This document shows, piece by piece, positions 25,001 to 36,142 of a DNA stretch of 64,000 nucleotides. The translations under genes and the position numbers were made by a program. How positions within the stretch are numbered: position 1 is the stretch's first letter; each line of letters opens with the position of its first letter. The notes beneath the pieces were generated by a model. The model did no database searches. It had not been told where the DNA came from and was given only the letters and a program-made list of their open reading frames with translations. Source of the DNA: Zygnema circumcarinatum SAG 698-1b (Eukaryota > Plantae > Zygnematophyceae); contig CM074805.1 in the NCBI GenBank assembly GCA_037447605.1, positions 620,001 through 684,000 on the forward strand, written 5' to 3'.

Positions 25001-26122
25001 TTGGTTTCAATGAGGAGAGAGAGAGAAACAGTTTCAAAGAGGTCTTACTTTTAGTGACATAAGCATCAAAAGGTGTGTTCTTAACGCATCAGCTCCGAGG
25101 GTGAATGTTTTCTGAAACAGGACGAAAAACCGAAGGAGCGCGAGAAGAAAAAGGAGAAAGAAAAGGAAAGGGAACGGGAGAAGGAGAAGGAGAAGGAGAA
25201 GGAGAAAGAGCGGGAGAAGCCGCCGAAAGCAGCAGCAGCCACGAAGCGGAAGAAGAAAGGGGACGATGAGGAGGGAGGAAGTCAGCGGAAAAAGAGAGCA
25301 AAGAAGGATCCGAACGCTCCAAAACGCTCTATGACTGCCTTTCTGCTCTTCTCTCAAGAGCAGCGAGAGGTGCGCTCTCTCCCTCTCTTCACTCCCTTCC
25401 CTCCTGCCGCCCCCCTCCCTCCTCCCTCCTCCCTTCTTCCCTCTATCCCCACCATACCCCGCTCTCTCCCTCCGCCTCTCTCTCTACTCTCCGTCACTCC
25501 CACTTCCCTGTCCCTAACTCTGTGGTCTCTGTCTTGCTACCCTCTCCATCCTTCTCTTCCTCTCTTAGTCTCCCTCGCTCTCCCTCCCCTTTCCTCGCCC
25601 CACTCTTCTTCTCCCTCTCCTCGTTTCTCCCCTTCCCCCCCTTCCCCCCCCCCCCTTTCCCCCTGTACGTCTTATTGACAGATGTACTTACACATGCTGT
25701 TCTGACTTTGAGGGGGGAATGTATGCAGACGATGAAAAAAGAGAATCCAAAAATAGGGTTCGGGGAAATGGGAAAAGCTCTTGGAGAGAAGTGGAAGACA
25801 CTTTCAGGTGAGTGCGGTTCTCTGTATCTGGTCCGCTCTGAACCCTTCACGGAACAGTCGCAGATCTCTATCCAAACGTCAAGTCTTTAGGTGTATTAGG
25901 GTCTATTATGTGTCATTCGGAGACCATTGGGGTCCATCCACGCCTTAGTGAGATGTATGTATGTATGTATGTATGTGTGCATTTGCAGCGGAGGAGAAGG
26001 AGCCATATGAGCAGCAGGCCAAGCAGGACAAGAAACGATATGATGAGCAGATGGCGGACTATAAGGGGAGCGGCGGAGGTGCGGGAGGGGGGGAGGCCGG
26101 AAGTGACAGAGACGAGGAGTAG
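19074..26122 (+). CDS. SSRP1: FACT complex subunit SSRP1, multi-exon
   Basis: Exons read [91 protein letters not shown] and [13 protein letters not shown], then an acidic region and the C-terminal HMG box [17 protein letters not shown]...GEKWKTLS. Ends [14 protein letters not shown] at 26120-26122. Confidence 0.97.
23864..23968 (+). repeat. Intronic 27-bp minisatellite, about 4 copies (ACATGCATTCGAACATCACATGTGGGA)
   Basis: Direct tandem units with no spacers, inside an SSRP1 intron. A (TTTC)n microsatellite lies at about 23540-23590 in the preceding intron. Confidence 0.85.
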
Positions 26123-26691
26123 AGGCGGAAGTGTAACGTGGGGGGCCCTTTAATTTTTGGCATTTTGCTGTAGGATGCAGAAGAGATGCTGCATGCGAGT
26201 TTTTGAAGGTCTAATTTTGTAGATATATTGAGCATTTTTCCGAGCTTTAGGCCGAGGTCTTCGTGGCAATTCTATATATGATGTGTGCTGCTTGCTAAAC
26301 AGGCAACCGTGTGAGTGCTTCGACGAGCAGACAAGTTATTTCACGAATTCATTGGGTTGGCATTCCTTTGTTATAAGCCTGCTGCAGCAGAAGAAGAAGC
26401 AAATTTCCAGAGGAAGGAAGCAAAGTAGAACAGCGGAGTTTGAAAAGGTCTCAAGCTGAGAAGCTGGCAGGTGAAGGCTTTTTTAGGGTTTGTAGAATGA
26501 CAAGAAGCAAATTCTTCAAAATTGTGAAGTGTGTTCAGAAAAAAATAATTAAAAAAAGAGGCCCTTCTGCCGCTGGAGTTCATCCCAGAGCATCGTCAAA
26601 TGACGACTCGCCACGTACGTTTTCAATGAAGGGTCTGAAAAGAAACCACGAGCGGTCCACTGAACTGTACGGGGATATTTAAATTTTGAAA

Positions 26692-27664
26692 GGAAAATTC
26701 TATTCTCACACCTTTTTTGTATACACACAGACCTTTTTTCGCCGGGCAAGTTCTATTTTAGAAAAAAATGGATTAACAACGAAAAATGCTTCTTTCATTC
26801 CTTGTTGGAATCAATCCAAACCTTTTTCCTTCGGGCAGATTTTACCCCTGATTTTTTTTTTGGAGAGAAAAAAATATCGGCTTGCCCGAATCCGCTATGA
26901 GCGGAAGATCCGTCCGCCACGAGATCGTTCGCGGGTCTGCGTTCTTTGCACGTGCGTTGAATCTCCGCCGTCGACTAACTCGCAAGATCGCACCACTGCA
27001 GATCACCGTTCGATCTGCAGTCGGGCTCGGTCCCAGCGAATGGCACGGGCCCACGTGTCTCGCCAAATCCGGCTCAAAGTGGGTCCATACAAAAAGTGTA
27101 CGGTCGCAGCTACGAGGAAAGGCGAAATGCCGTACATTGAATGTCTGGACCAATTATACTTCGCCACCTCATTGAAAGTACACGTGGCAGGTGGTGATTG
27201 GCTGCTAGTTGTGAATGGTGAGCCGCCGCAGGCTGGCCGGTCAAGCTCATATTTTGTGGAGATCTCGGGCTGAGGGACGCGCGCTCTAGCTCGTGCCAGC
27301 CGGCTTTGGCGGGGCACGTGTGTGCCATTCGCTGGGACAGAGCCCGACTGCAGATCGAACGGTGATCTGCCGTGGTGCGACCTTGCGAGTTAGTCGACGG
27401 CGGAGATTCAACGCACGTGCAAAGAACGCAGACCCGTGAACGATCTCGTGGCGGACGGATCTTCCGCTCCTAGCGGATTCGGGCAAGCCGATATTTTTTT
27501 CTTTCCAAAAAAAAAATCAGGGGTAAAATCTACCCGACGGAAAAAAGGAGTGTGTATAGACAAAAAAGGTGTGAAAAAAGCATTTTTCGTTTTTCTAAAA
27601 TAGAACGTGCCCGGCGAAAAAAGGTCTGTGTGTAGACAAAGAAGGTGTGAGAATAGAATTTTCC
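26692..27664. mobile_element. Foldback (long-TIR) non-autonomous DNA transposon, family B copy 1, probably MULE-like
   Basis: Termini GGAAAATTCTATTCTCACACC...GGTGTGAGAATAGAATTTTCC. Inverted arms of about 370 bp. Perfect 8-bp TSD TTTTGAAA at 26684-26691 and 27665-27672. Related copy at 49290-50317. Confidence 0.9.
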
Positions 27665-28038
27665 TTTTGAAATTTCGTCAGTTTCAAAAAGAATCGAACG
27701 TTTCTTACGCTTTGACTGTTCCTATGTTTGAGATCGCCGTAGAACAAATTTACCACATAAATATTATCCAAACTCGCGAAACTGGAGGCATGGAACGGCC
27801 CTTGTTCGCCTGCTGCCGCTGCTCCCTCTCTCTATCTGCAACGGGTAGCTAGAGGCGTGGATCTGCCCTGCTTGTGAGAGGCCGTTGGGAGCAGCAGGAG
27901 GCCGCCATTGTGGAGCAGGAGGAAGGAAACGTGGACATAAATCAAGGGTATTGTGAAGGAGGGATCTTGATAATTAGGGTTCGGTGCCAAGAATGAGGTA
28001 AGGCCCTACTTAATAAGTCTCGGAATTTTCTTGGAACG

Positions 28039-29809
28039 ATGGCGCGGAAGGGAGCAGCAGCAGAGGAGAGCGAGGACGAGGTAATCTGCTTTGAGATTTT
28101 ATGAAGAATTTAGGACTTTTTTGATGGTTTTGATGGCTTGTCGGCTGCTAGGGTTAGGGAGAGCTGTGCGTGTTTGGGTGAGGCGAGGGCTGCAGATGAA
28201 TGAATGTTGCTCGGTTGCTATTTTGCCTTTTTTTTCGCTTCCTTTATAAGCTCTTGCTTTCGGTTTTTTAGTTGCAGGAAGTTGAATAGTGGCTGTTGTC
28301 TTGGTTTGGAGGACAGAGGGACGATGATGGGTCGCATACAGAGGACTCGGACGAGGAGGCTGAAATGGAGGAGGAAGCCCCGGTAAGGCTCATAACTGCG
28401 TTAAAATCGCTTGTTTTCTCTCAATTTCTCTTCTGAGAGCTTGCAGGCGCCTCCTCGGCAAAAGCTGTATGTGCCTTGTTTTGCACTTCAAGGTTTATGG
28501 AGGTGGCCTGTTAATATGCCTGTTTTTCATTTTTCCGCGATTGCTGTGTAGATTGCTGCATATGGATTAAAGACCTAAAAGCAAGTATGCTGCACTCGTT
28601 TGCAGCTTCAAGCATGCTGTGCTGGTTTGTGGCCTCCTATCGTGTTTGCACGTCAACAGATGTTTGTTCCCTTTTAAGGAGAGATTGCCTGTTCGATGCC
28701 TAACCAAAGTGAAATAGTTTTAGAACTCTACCAACGCAGTAAACCTAAAGCAGGTTAAAAGGAAGCAAAACAGTTTCAAGTGTGGCTGCTCTTGTGCATA
28801 GAAAGTCGTTTGGAGCGTGTGCTCTGTTTACTCTGCCATCACATGAGGGAGGGCTGCTTCTGGGTTGGAACAGAAAAAGAAACCCGCTCCAGAAAAGAAA
28901 AAGCCAGAGCCAAAGCCGAGAGGGAGACCAAAAGGGAAAGCAGAAGAGAAGGAGAAGCCTGCAAAGGCAGTGACACGTGGTAAGCGCAAGGGCAAAGATG
29001 CAGATGAGAAAGCACCGGCCAAGAGGAAGAAGAGGGCGAAGAAGGACCCAAATGCACCAAAGCGGTCGATGACGGCTTTCTTGTTGTTTTCACAAGAGCA
29101 ACGAGAGGTATGTCTCGCAACATAGATCATCGACTTGGAGAGACTAAGCAGTTCTATGTCAAGAATCACAATGCTCACTTTCTTGTTACGTGTGACTGGA
29201 AGACCTAATGTGACTTCGGAAGTTTTTGTATGGAGTCGTTTGTTATGTACTTCGATGCAACGTACTGATGGGTGGTGCTTTGGATAGCATTGTGGGAGCT
29301 CTTCGAATGTGATTCGGCCTAAATTGTCCATGTCCTGAGGAGGAGGTAGTCAGAGACAGTCATAGTCACTTTCTGTTGACGAGAAATCGTATGCAGTTTC
29401 ATCAGTGTGAAGGGAGTTGGGAATGAACTGATTGCAGAGTGTTAAGAAGGAGAACCCGAACATACGATTCAGTGAAGTGGGGAAAGTACTCGGACAGAAG
29501 TGGAAGGATCTCACAGGTATACACAAGATACTCACTGCCTGTGGTTGGCTACACAAGGCTGGAAATGACTTGCCTCTCCCTTTCTTTAAAGCGAGGGATG
29601 GCTCTTCTCTGAGTTTGAGTTTCTGGAATACAATACAGGAATTCATAGTTTGACGCTTTTTGTTTTGGCTTACAGCGGAGGAGAAGGAGCCTTATGAAAA
29701 GCAAGCGAACAAAGACAGAAAGCAGTACCAGAAAGCCATGGCGGACTACAAGAGTGCTGCTGTTGGAGGGGAGGGAGGGGGTGATAGTGAAGAGGAGGAT
29801 GACGAATAG
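28039..29809 (+). CDS. Stand-alone HMG-box chromatin protein (acidic N-terminus, AT-hook-like motif, basic linker, HMG box, acidic tail), paralog of the SSRP1 C-terminus, 5 predicted exons
   Basis: Predicted exons 28039-28080, 28317-28382, 28874-29107, about 29438-29516 and 29676-29809 splice in frame. Peptides [58 protein letters not shown] and [26 protein letters not shown]. Confidence 0.88.
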
Positions 29810-31179
29810 GCCCTTGATCTGGGCATAGTGGTCCAGTCACTGATCGAATCCGCGTATTGAATCCATTGCATTGGCTTTGCTGGCAATCAAGCTGAAAGCA
29901 AGGTAGTCCCACAACTGCTGCTCACCTGAATTCATCTGTCAGAGATGCGTACTAGTGTGTATATTAGACGTGGGTATTTAGAAGCTGTAGGTTGATGCCT
30001 TTTTGCCACGAATTGAATTTGTCCATGGGAACTTCCTGTCAGTCTTGTGCCTCACATGGTTCCTCGACCACTTGTACCTTTCCTGAAATTTTTGCATGGA
30101 GAGGCTCTCCGTTGTGTTCTTCAGATGAAGATGATGACGATGATGTTTTTCTCGTTGTGGTGTTGTTGTTCACACCTGTTTCCCACTCTTGGGTCCCAGA
30201 AACCCTAAACTGCCTTAACAGTCCCCTTTTCTTCTCCATCTCCAGCTCCACTATGCATGGAATTCCTTCTGTTTGTTCTGCACACGCTAAGCCTACGAGA
30301 GAGCGAAGAAGGCAATTTTTTCTTCTCTCTTTTTAAGAACCAAATCGTTCTGATGGAAGACCTGTTCATCTCACAGCTGCACATTTTGCGCTGTGCGTTT
30401 TAACTTCCGCCCATCGCTTCGTTCACACCCTATGCGACAACCGTTCGAAACGCACGATCGTCGCCAAGAGGTCCAAAACATTCGCAGCGATCCGTTTTAT
30501 CGTCGCACGGGAGTCGCATGGTCCTGCAGCGTTTCGATTTTGTCGCATGGATCGTCGCAGGGAGTCGCCCGGCGACTCGCCTGTCCGCTTGCAGGACCGT
30601 GTCGCTGTCAGATATTTCTTTTTGACGAATCATTGCACGCAACGTGTGCAACAATTCTGACTTTGTCACTTTTCGGATCTCTGTCGTTATCAAAGATCTC
30701 TGACGAATCACTCCTCGACACGTAAGGCAAGATTCTTGATATTCTTAACGACCATTTTTACTTATTTTCTTCAAAAAAAAAATTACCTGTGATCCAATTA
30801 ACGCTTGTCACGTGGACTTTTTTTCAAGCCTGATTGGCGGATCCTATTTTCTTTTTATTTTCTGTATTTTTTGAAGCATCAAATATTCACCCAAAACAGT
30901 GACCATTTTATCCCGATCGTGATGACTACTAGTCTTGACCAGTCATGACTATAGACCGTATAGGACAAAAAAGTGCGGATCATCCTCCAGCAGCCACGTG
31001 TCCTGGACCTGTGCCACGCTGGCAAGGCCGGCGCCAGCAGCGCTTGGAGGCCTGAAAACGGTTCAAGAGCAGCAAGGGTAGAAATTTTGGAAGGGAGGGG
31101 AAGAGAAAGATTTGGAAGGAGGCTGTTTACTGTTAAGACAGGGGTTTGGAGAGAAATTTGAAGCTCTTGGATACTATTG

Positions 31180-32798
31180 ATGGCGGCCATTGCGGCAGTG
31201 TATGTGGCAGGAGTTTCAGGAGGTGCTGGAACTCTGGTTGTTAGCGGAATTGGTGTTCAAAGTGGTCAAGTTTTGTCGTGCAGGTCGGCATTTCATGGCA
31301 GGCAAATGACGGCTGAGAGAGGGGGAGAGATGAGGAGAAGGTGGAACGCGAGTGGGAGACTGCCGCAGACTATGGCGGTTATGGAATCAGGTCTTGCACC
31401 GTGCTATTGCTTATTGTACTGATTTTTTGGCTTGAATGGGTGGATTTCGGGTCCGGTTTGGACGCAAGCAGCCTCGGATAGTGATAAACGTAGAGAAATA
31501 GTCTGCATTTTCATAATTTATCCATTCTGCAAACAATGGACCGGCATTCTGTGTCCTTTTCTCGGTCATTCTTTCCTTCATTTGTCGAGCTGTGATGGAA
31601 TGACAGCGGTTGGAAGCTCGACGAACTCAATCTCACCGCAAAGGAAATATAAGTCTATTCATTGGATAGCATCAGCTTGAATTCGAATGTACACATTACA
31701 CATTATTACACAAGACATCTTTGGGCCGGCGGAGTAGGTGATGAACCTACTATGGAAGAAATTGCGTTGATTCGCTTTCTGCAAGAATGTTTTAACACCG
31801 GAAATTCCAGATTCTTCTCACTCTTTTGCGAATCTCTCGACGTTCTTCTGCTGTTTGGGGCACAGATAAAGGTGAAGGATTTCATCCGTTGGCCTGGCTG
31901 CAGCGAGTGCTGTTCAACGACGCAGGTTCGTTCACGCTAATTTCCGTCTCACCAGTTCTCGTATTCATGCATTACAGTTTACATCCTCAGATAATTGCAG
32001 TCCACTACTCTGTTTCAACAACTGTGCAAAGCATTCATTTTTTCCACATAACGCTTGTCGTGGACTTCGTTGTGTCTGCAGAGAAGAAGGAGAAAGAGTT
32101 GCAGGACCTGACTCGTAACTGGCATGCCAGCACTAAAGGCACACTTATTCGCAAGTTTCGAGTGCCAAATGCCGTTGAAGGTCAGCGACTTCTCAATGCG
32201 CTCGCAGATCTCCTGTCTGCCGACGACTTGTTTCGGGATGCCAAAACTCACAAGGTCAGTCGAATCATCGTCAAACTCGGATGCTCCTGGAGGGCCAATG
32301 AGATGGTTTTTTCTTGCTTTTTTTTGTCGACTGTGGTCATAAAACTGTCGATTGGCTATTCGGAAGCTAAACAACACTTCACCGGGCCATGAATACGTAG
32401 AATACTCGACAGTTTAGTAAGCTCGATTGAAAAAGATGCAGATTCTGTTTGACTAAGGGCAGCTGCTCCTTGATTGTGAAAGTTTTAGCTGTGAAAGCAC
32501 TGAGTGCCCTGATGTCCAGTTGCTAGCAGGACCATAGACAGCACTTACTAGTATAAGTGGTGACATGTGTTGGTGCTATGTTATTCTAACCGTCCTTTTG
32601 CAGGGATGCCGAATCTTGCGGGAAAGCGCACATGGCTTATCAGTTTGCTGCAACAATGTACGAGGACTTTTCGATGAATTGCCCACTCCCCATTTGGAGG
32701 TTGAGATTACAGTGTTCCCTCCTGGACCCCTCACTTCAGAAGAGTATCAGAAGGCAGCGAAGGTGGAACAAGTGTTAAAGAAGGGGCATTCGATATGA
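31180..32798 (+). CDS. Conserved uncharacterised plastid-targeted protein, possibly with a pterin-carbinolamine-dehydratase-like fold, 4 exons
   Basis: Transit-peptide-like exon 1 (31180-31389), then DKGEGFHPLAWLQRVLF, KGTLIRKFRVPNAVEGQRLLNALADLLSADD and GCRILRESAHGLSVCCNNVRGLFDELPTPHLEVEITVFPPGPLT. Junction phases 1,1,0 are consistent. It resembles a land-plant family I recall but cannot name reliably. Confidence 0.8.
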
Positions 32799-33628
32799 GT
32801 CGCAAATTTGCAGACTACTGACGTTTGTTTATCCTGTTTATATGTGACAGTGTTTCCTTTATGTCCTTGTGTCTTGTCTCCCACAACCGGGATTTTGTAA
32901 TTGTGTAGACTCTCAAGTCCACGTTATTGACGGTTTGTGGTCGAGGGAGTCTACATGGTATGCCTTTAGGGTAACCTTTTTTCCCAGTCGCTTTTGGCCA
33001 CAAAGCAGTGTACGAGGGAAGTAGATTGTGAATAGGACTGACGGTAGCTCCCGCCCCATGTATTATTCTTGCTTTAAAACTGAGTTTGGCCCTGTTCTTT
33101 TGTTTTACTGGAGCTACTTGGGCCTAACTGCGTGCCCGGTGTATTGGCCTTCCTTTGGACCGGCTAAAACACAGGCGATGGCAGAAAGCCATTGATAAGG
33201 AAAAACTCCCAAATGACTATGAAATGGCTAACTCTCATGACAAAGAGGGAACACCGATGACAGCTACTCCGACGAAAAAACGAAAATTTGGGTGTCTTCA
33301 TTTCTTTTTTTGTTCTTACTCTTGGCGTCAAGCCCTTCAACATCCCATGCCTCATGTCTGCCATAGCTTCCCATAACATTGTACTCAACACTCATAACCT
33401 GCACACGAGAACCCACTCCGCTCTATCTGCCAAAGATTATAACTTAAGTCCCAGTTACCGTTGACATACCATTCACCTTGCGCCCCAAATACAGCACAGT
33501 CATCTTTTCGTTCGTCCCACTTCATTTAGCAGGGCACATATGGCACACATTCGACCACCTACTTCCAAACCACCTTCACTCCATGAGCCAACACTGGGCT
33601 CAGGTTTACGCAGGAGCTGCAACCTCTC

Positions 33629-36142
33629 CTATTCAGACTTCTCCCAGTCGATGACTACCCGGAACATGGCCTTCCCCGACATCATGCGGTCATACGCCTC
33701 CGGAGTCTTGCTTGCGGGGTACACTTCGTTCATGGATCGGACACCCGACAATGCTGCAAACTGCGGAACATGAGCGTCGAGTGGGGTCAGATACAGCACA
33801 AATTGTCAAGACAGCCTGAGAGATCGTGAGAGCATGCGCGAGAGGGGAGCATAGGACCACGAAAGATAGGGGAGAATGAGAGCATGAGAGAGTGGGGAGC
33901 ATGAGAGAGTGGAGAGCATGAGAGCATGGGAGAGACGAGAGCATGGAAGTATGCGAGACAGGAGAGCGTTAGAGCATGAGAGCGAGGAGAGCATGGCAAC
34001 ATGAGAGCATGATTCCATACGAGAGAGGAGAGCACGAGATCAGGAGAGCATGAATTATCTTTTAGGGCCCTCACAGTTTTTATTAAAAAACCAGCAACTG
34101 TCGCAAGTTCTTTAGTTGACTAAAATCATAGCCATGGGATGCGGCATGTAACTGGTTTGTTCATATCATAAGCTCACCTTGAGAGCATCCTCGCTGTCAT
34201 TCGCGATGCCAGAGGGGTGCCCCTTGATGCTGCGGGCACCGCCGATAAGGAAGATGGGGTCCACATTGATGGACTCCGCTCCAGCACCGAGAATTACCAT
34301 GGTGCTGTTCTTTGCGAGAGTTGGGAGGACCTGGCTCATGGCCTGAGGGCTCGTAGAGGTGGCCAGCAGCACTTTGATGCCACCCAAAGCCTTCAAACAT
34401 CCAGATCCCGCACTCCCATGAGCCCCAAAATAAGTGAAACATGGTCATGGAACACAGGAACGATGAATGTAATAATTAAGTTCTCGGAGAGACAAAGCGT
34501 AACAAGCGAGAGGGTTGGACACGCAAGAAGTACGTGGGACTGGAGGTGGAGGAAGGTGGAGAGGAAGGCAGAGGCGGAGAAAGAAAGAAAAATAGAGGGC
34601 AGGCGAAAGCACTAAAGCCCGAATGGAGCTTTGATGTTTCTAAGAGTCAGGAATGCGTGAAAATGGGAGAAGGGCCGTACCTGTGCTTTCTCCACTACAT
34701 CCGCAGATGTGGTGTCAATGTAGTGGTGGGCACCCAGTTCCATTGCTTTGGCTTTCTTTTCTTCCCCTCGTGAGAACACCACCACTTTGTATCCCATTTT
34801 GTTGGCATACTGCTCCCCGATCCCAGAGACTTAAACCGCTTAGCTATAATATTCTGCTCACACCCATGCATCGGTTGCAATGACTCCTTGAAGCTTCCTA
34901 TTATTTCCAACAAAGCTGCAACTAGAAGTCAAGTATACATTCTATTATCATCCCATCCCATTCAATCTGGTCCATCAGGAAATGAAGATTTGAAAGAGCC
35001 GTGTCTCTACGTGTACAGATTCGTTGCCTCCTACAAATTTTGCATATTGTTAGAACCAGTATCTTGCCGACTGTTTCTGAAAGATTCCACTTTTCATTGT
35101 TGTCTCTGCTACTAAAAACTGACCTAGTTGCAGTTACGACCATTTCCTTTCACTTCACCTGAATCGCAAGATGCCCAAGGCCGCCAATGCCCTGGACGCC
35201 CACTGTACTTCCAGCAAGTGCCTTCACTTGCCGCAGCCCATTAAACACCGTCACACCTACCACACATTTGCACGCTCAAAACACTTATCTCAGTCTCCGA
35301 GCTCCAAGACGTTTCATTAACATTCATGCATAGACCACTGACTTTGCCTTGGGGTCAAAGCTACATCATTAAGGCTGCACCTAGCCTCGACGACATTCCC
35401 TCATCCCCTCTTAAAATCCAAGGTTTTCATAAGGCCATGGTTTCCGTTCACCTGCACACATGAGAGGGGCCGCTTCCACAAAGCTTAGAGAGTCCGGAAT
35501 GGCAGCCAGCGCCTTCGCATCCGCAACCACGTATTGGCCATATCCTCCGTCGTAGTTGATCCCAGTCACCGGCATCTTGTCGCAGTTGATTAAATCCGCC
35601 TCTCTGCAGCTCTCACATTCTGTGCAGTGGCCTCCATACCAGCCAACTCCAACCCTGCGCCCCAAGAAATTCTCAATTTCCACTAAAGATAGAATATTCA
35701 CAAAGGAGTCGAACATGAACGAGAATCATTTTTCAAGATCTGTTCAAAGCTAAGTTAAGGTAGTCCTTCCTCACCGGTCCCCCGCCTTCCATTTCCCTAC
35801 ACCAGCACCCACAGCATCGACAACTCCTGCAACCTCATGTCCTGGACTGCGCGGAAATTGAAGACCGGGCCATATCCCAAGCTTGGTGAAGCAGTCAGAG
35901 TGGCATAACCCACATGCATAGACCTGCAAAAGTTCGCCAAGAGCTGCAGTCAGCGTCGATGGCTGAACAAGGAGGGTTCCACATAGCTCAGTTGACACAA
36001 CACTAACAGCTGAAAGATAAAGACTCGTTAGCTTCCGCACCTTCACACGCACAAAGCCGGGAGGAGGCTCCTGAACCTCCTTGTCCACCTTCACAAAGTC
36101 ACTACCGCCGGAGGAAACCTCAAATGCAGTGTATGTGGTCAT
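33629..36142 (-). CDS. Zinc-dependent medium-chain alcohol dehydrogenase, bacterial CAD-like type, multi-exon
   Basis: Catalytic Zn motifs CGLCHSD and GHEVAG. Structural Zn motif CTECESC...C. PLMCAGVTVFNGLR, Rossmann GIGGLGHLAIQY, GHPSGIANDSEDALKF and AYDRMMSGKAMFRVVI. ATG 36142, TAG 33629-33631. Confidence 0.93.
33827..34053 (+). repeat. Degenerate intronic GAGAGCATG tandem array
   Basis: More than ten GAGAGCATG-like units in the last intron of the ADH gene. Confidence 0.8.

Noticed and set aside
25908-26153. ORF-track ending of SSRP1 (…[10 protein letters not shown]) or a homopolymer frameshift in the G run
   Set aside because: The phase-1 splice puts the last exon in another frame, which reads cleanly to [13 protein letters not shown] at 26122.
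26686-27486. 195-aa and smaller ORFs in foldback B1 (and 49513-50180, 50340-50926 in B2/C)
   Set aside because: They lie in palindromic TE arms, mirror ORFs appear on the opposite strand, and there are no transposase motifs.
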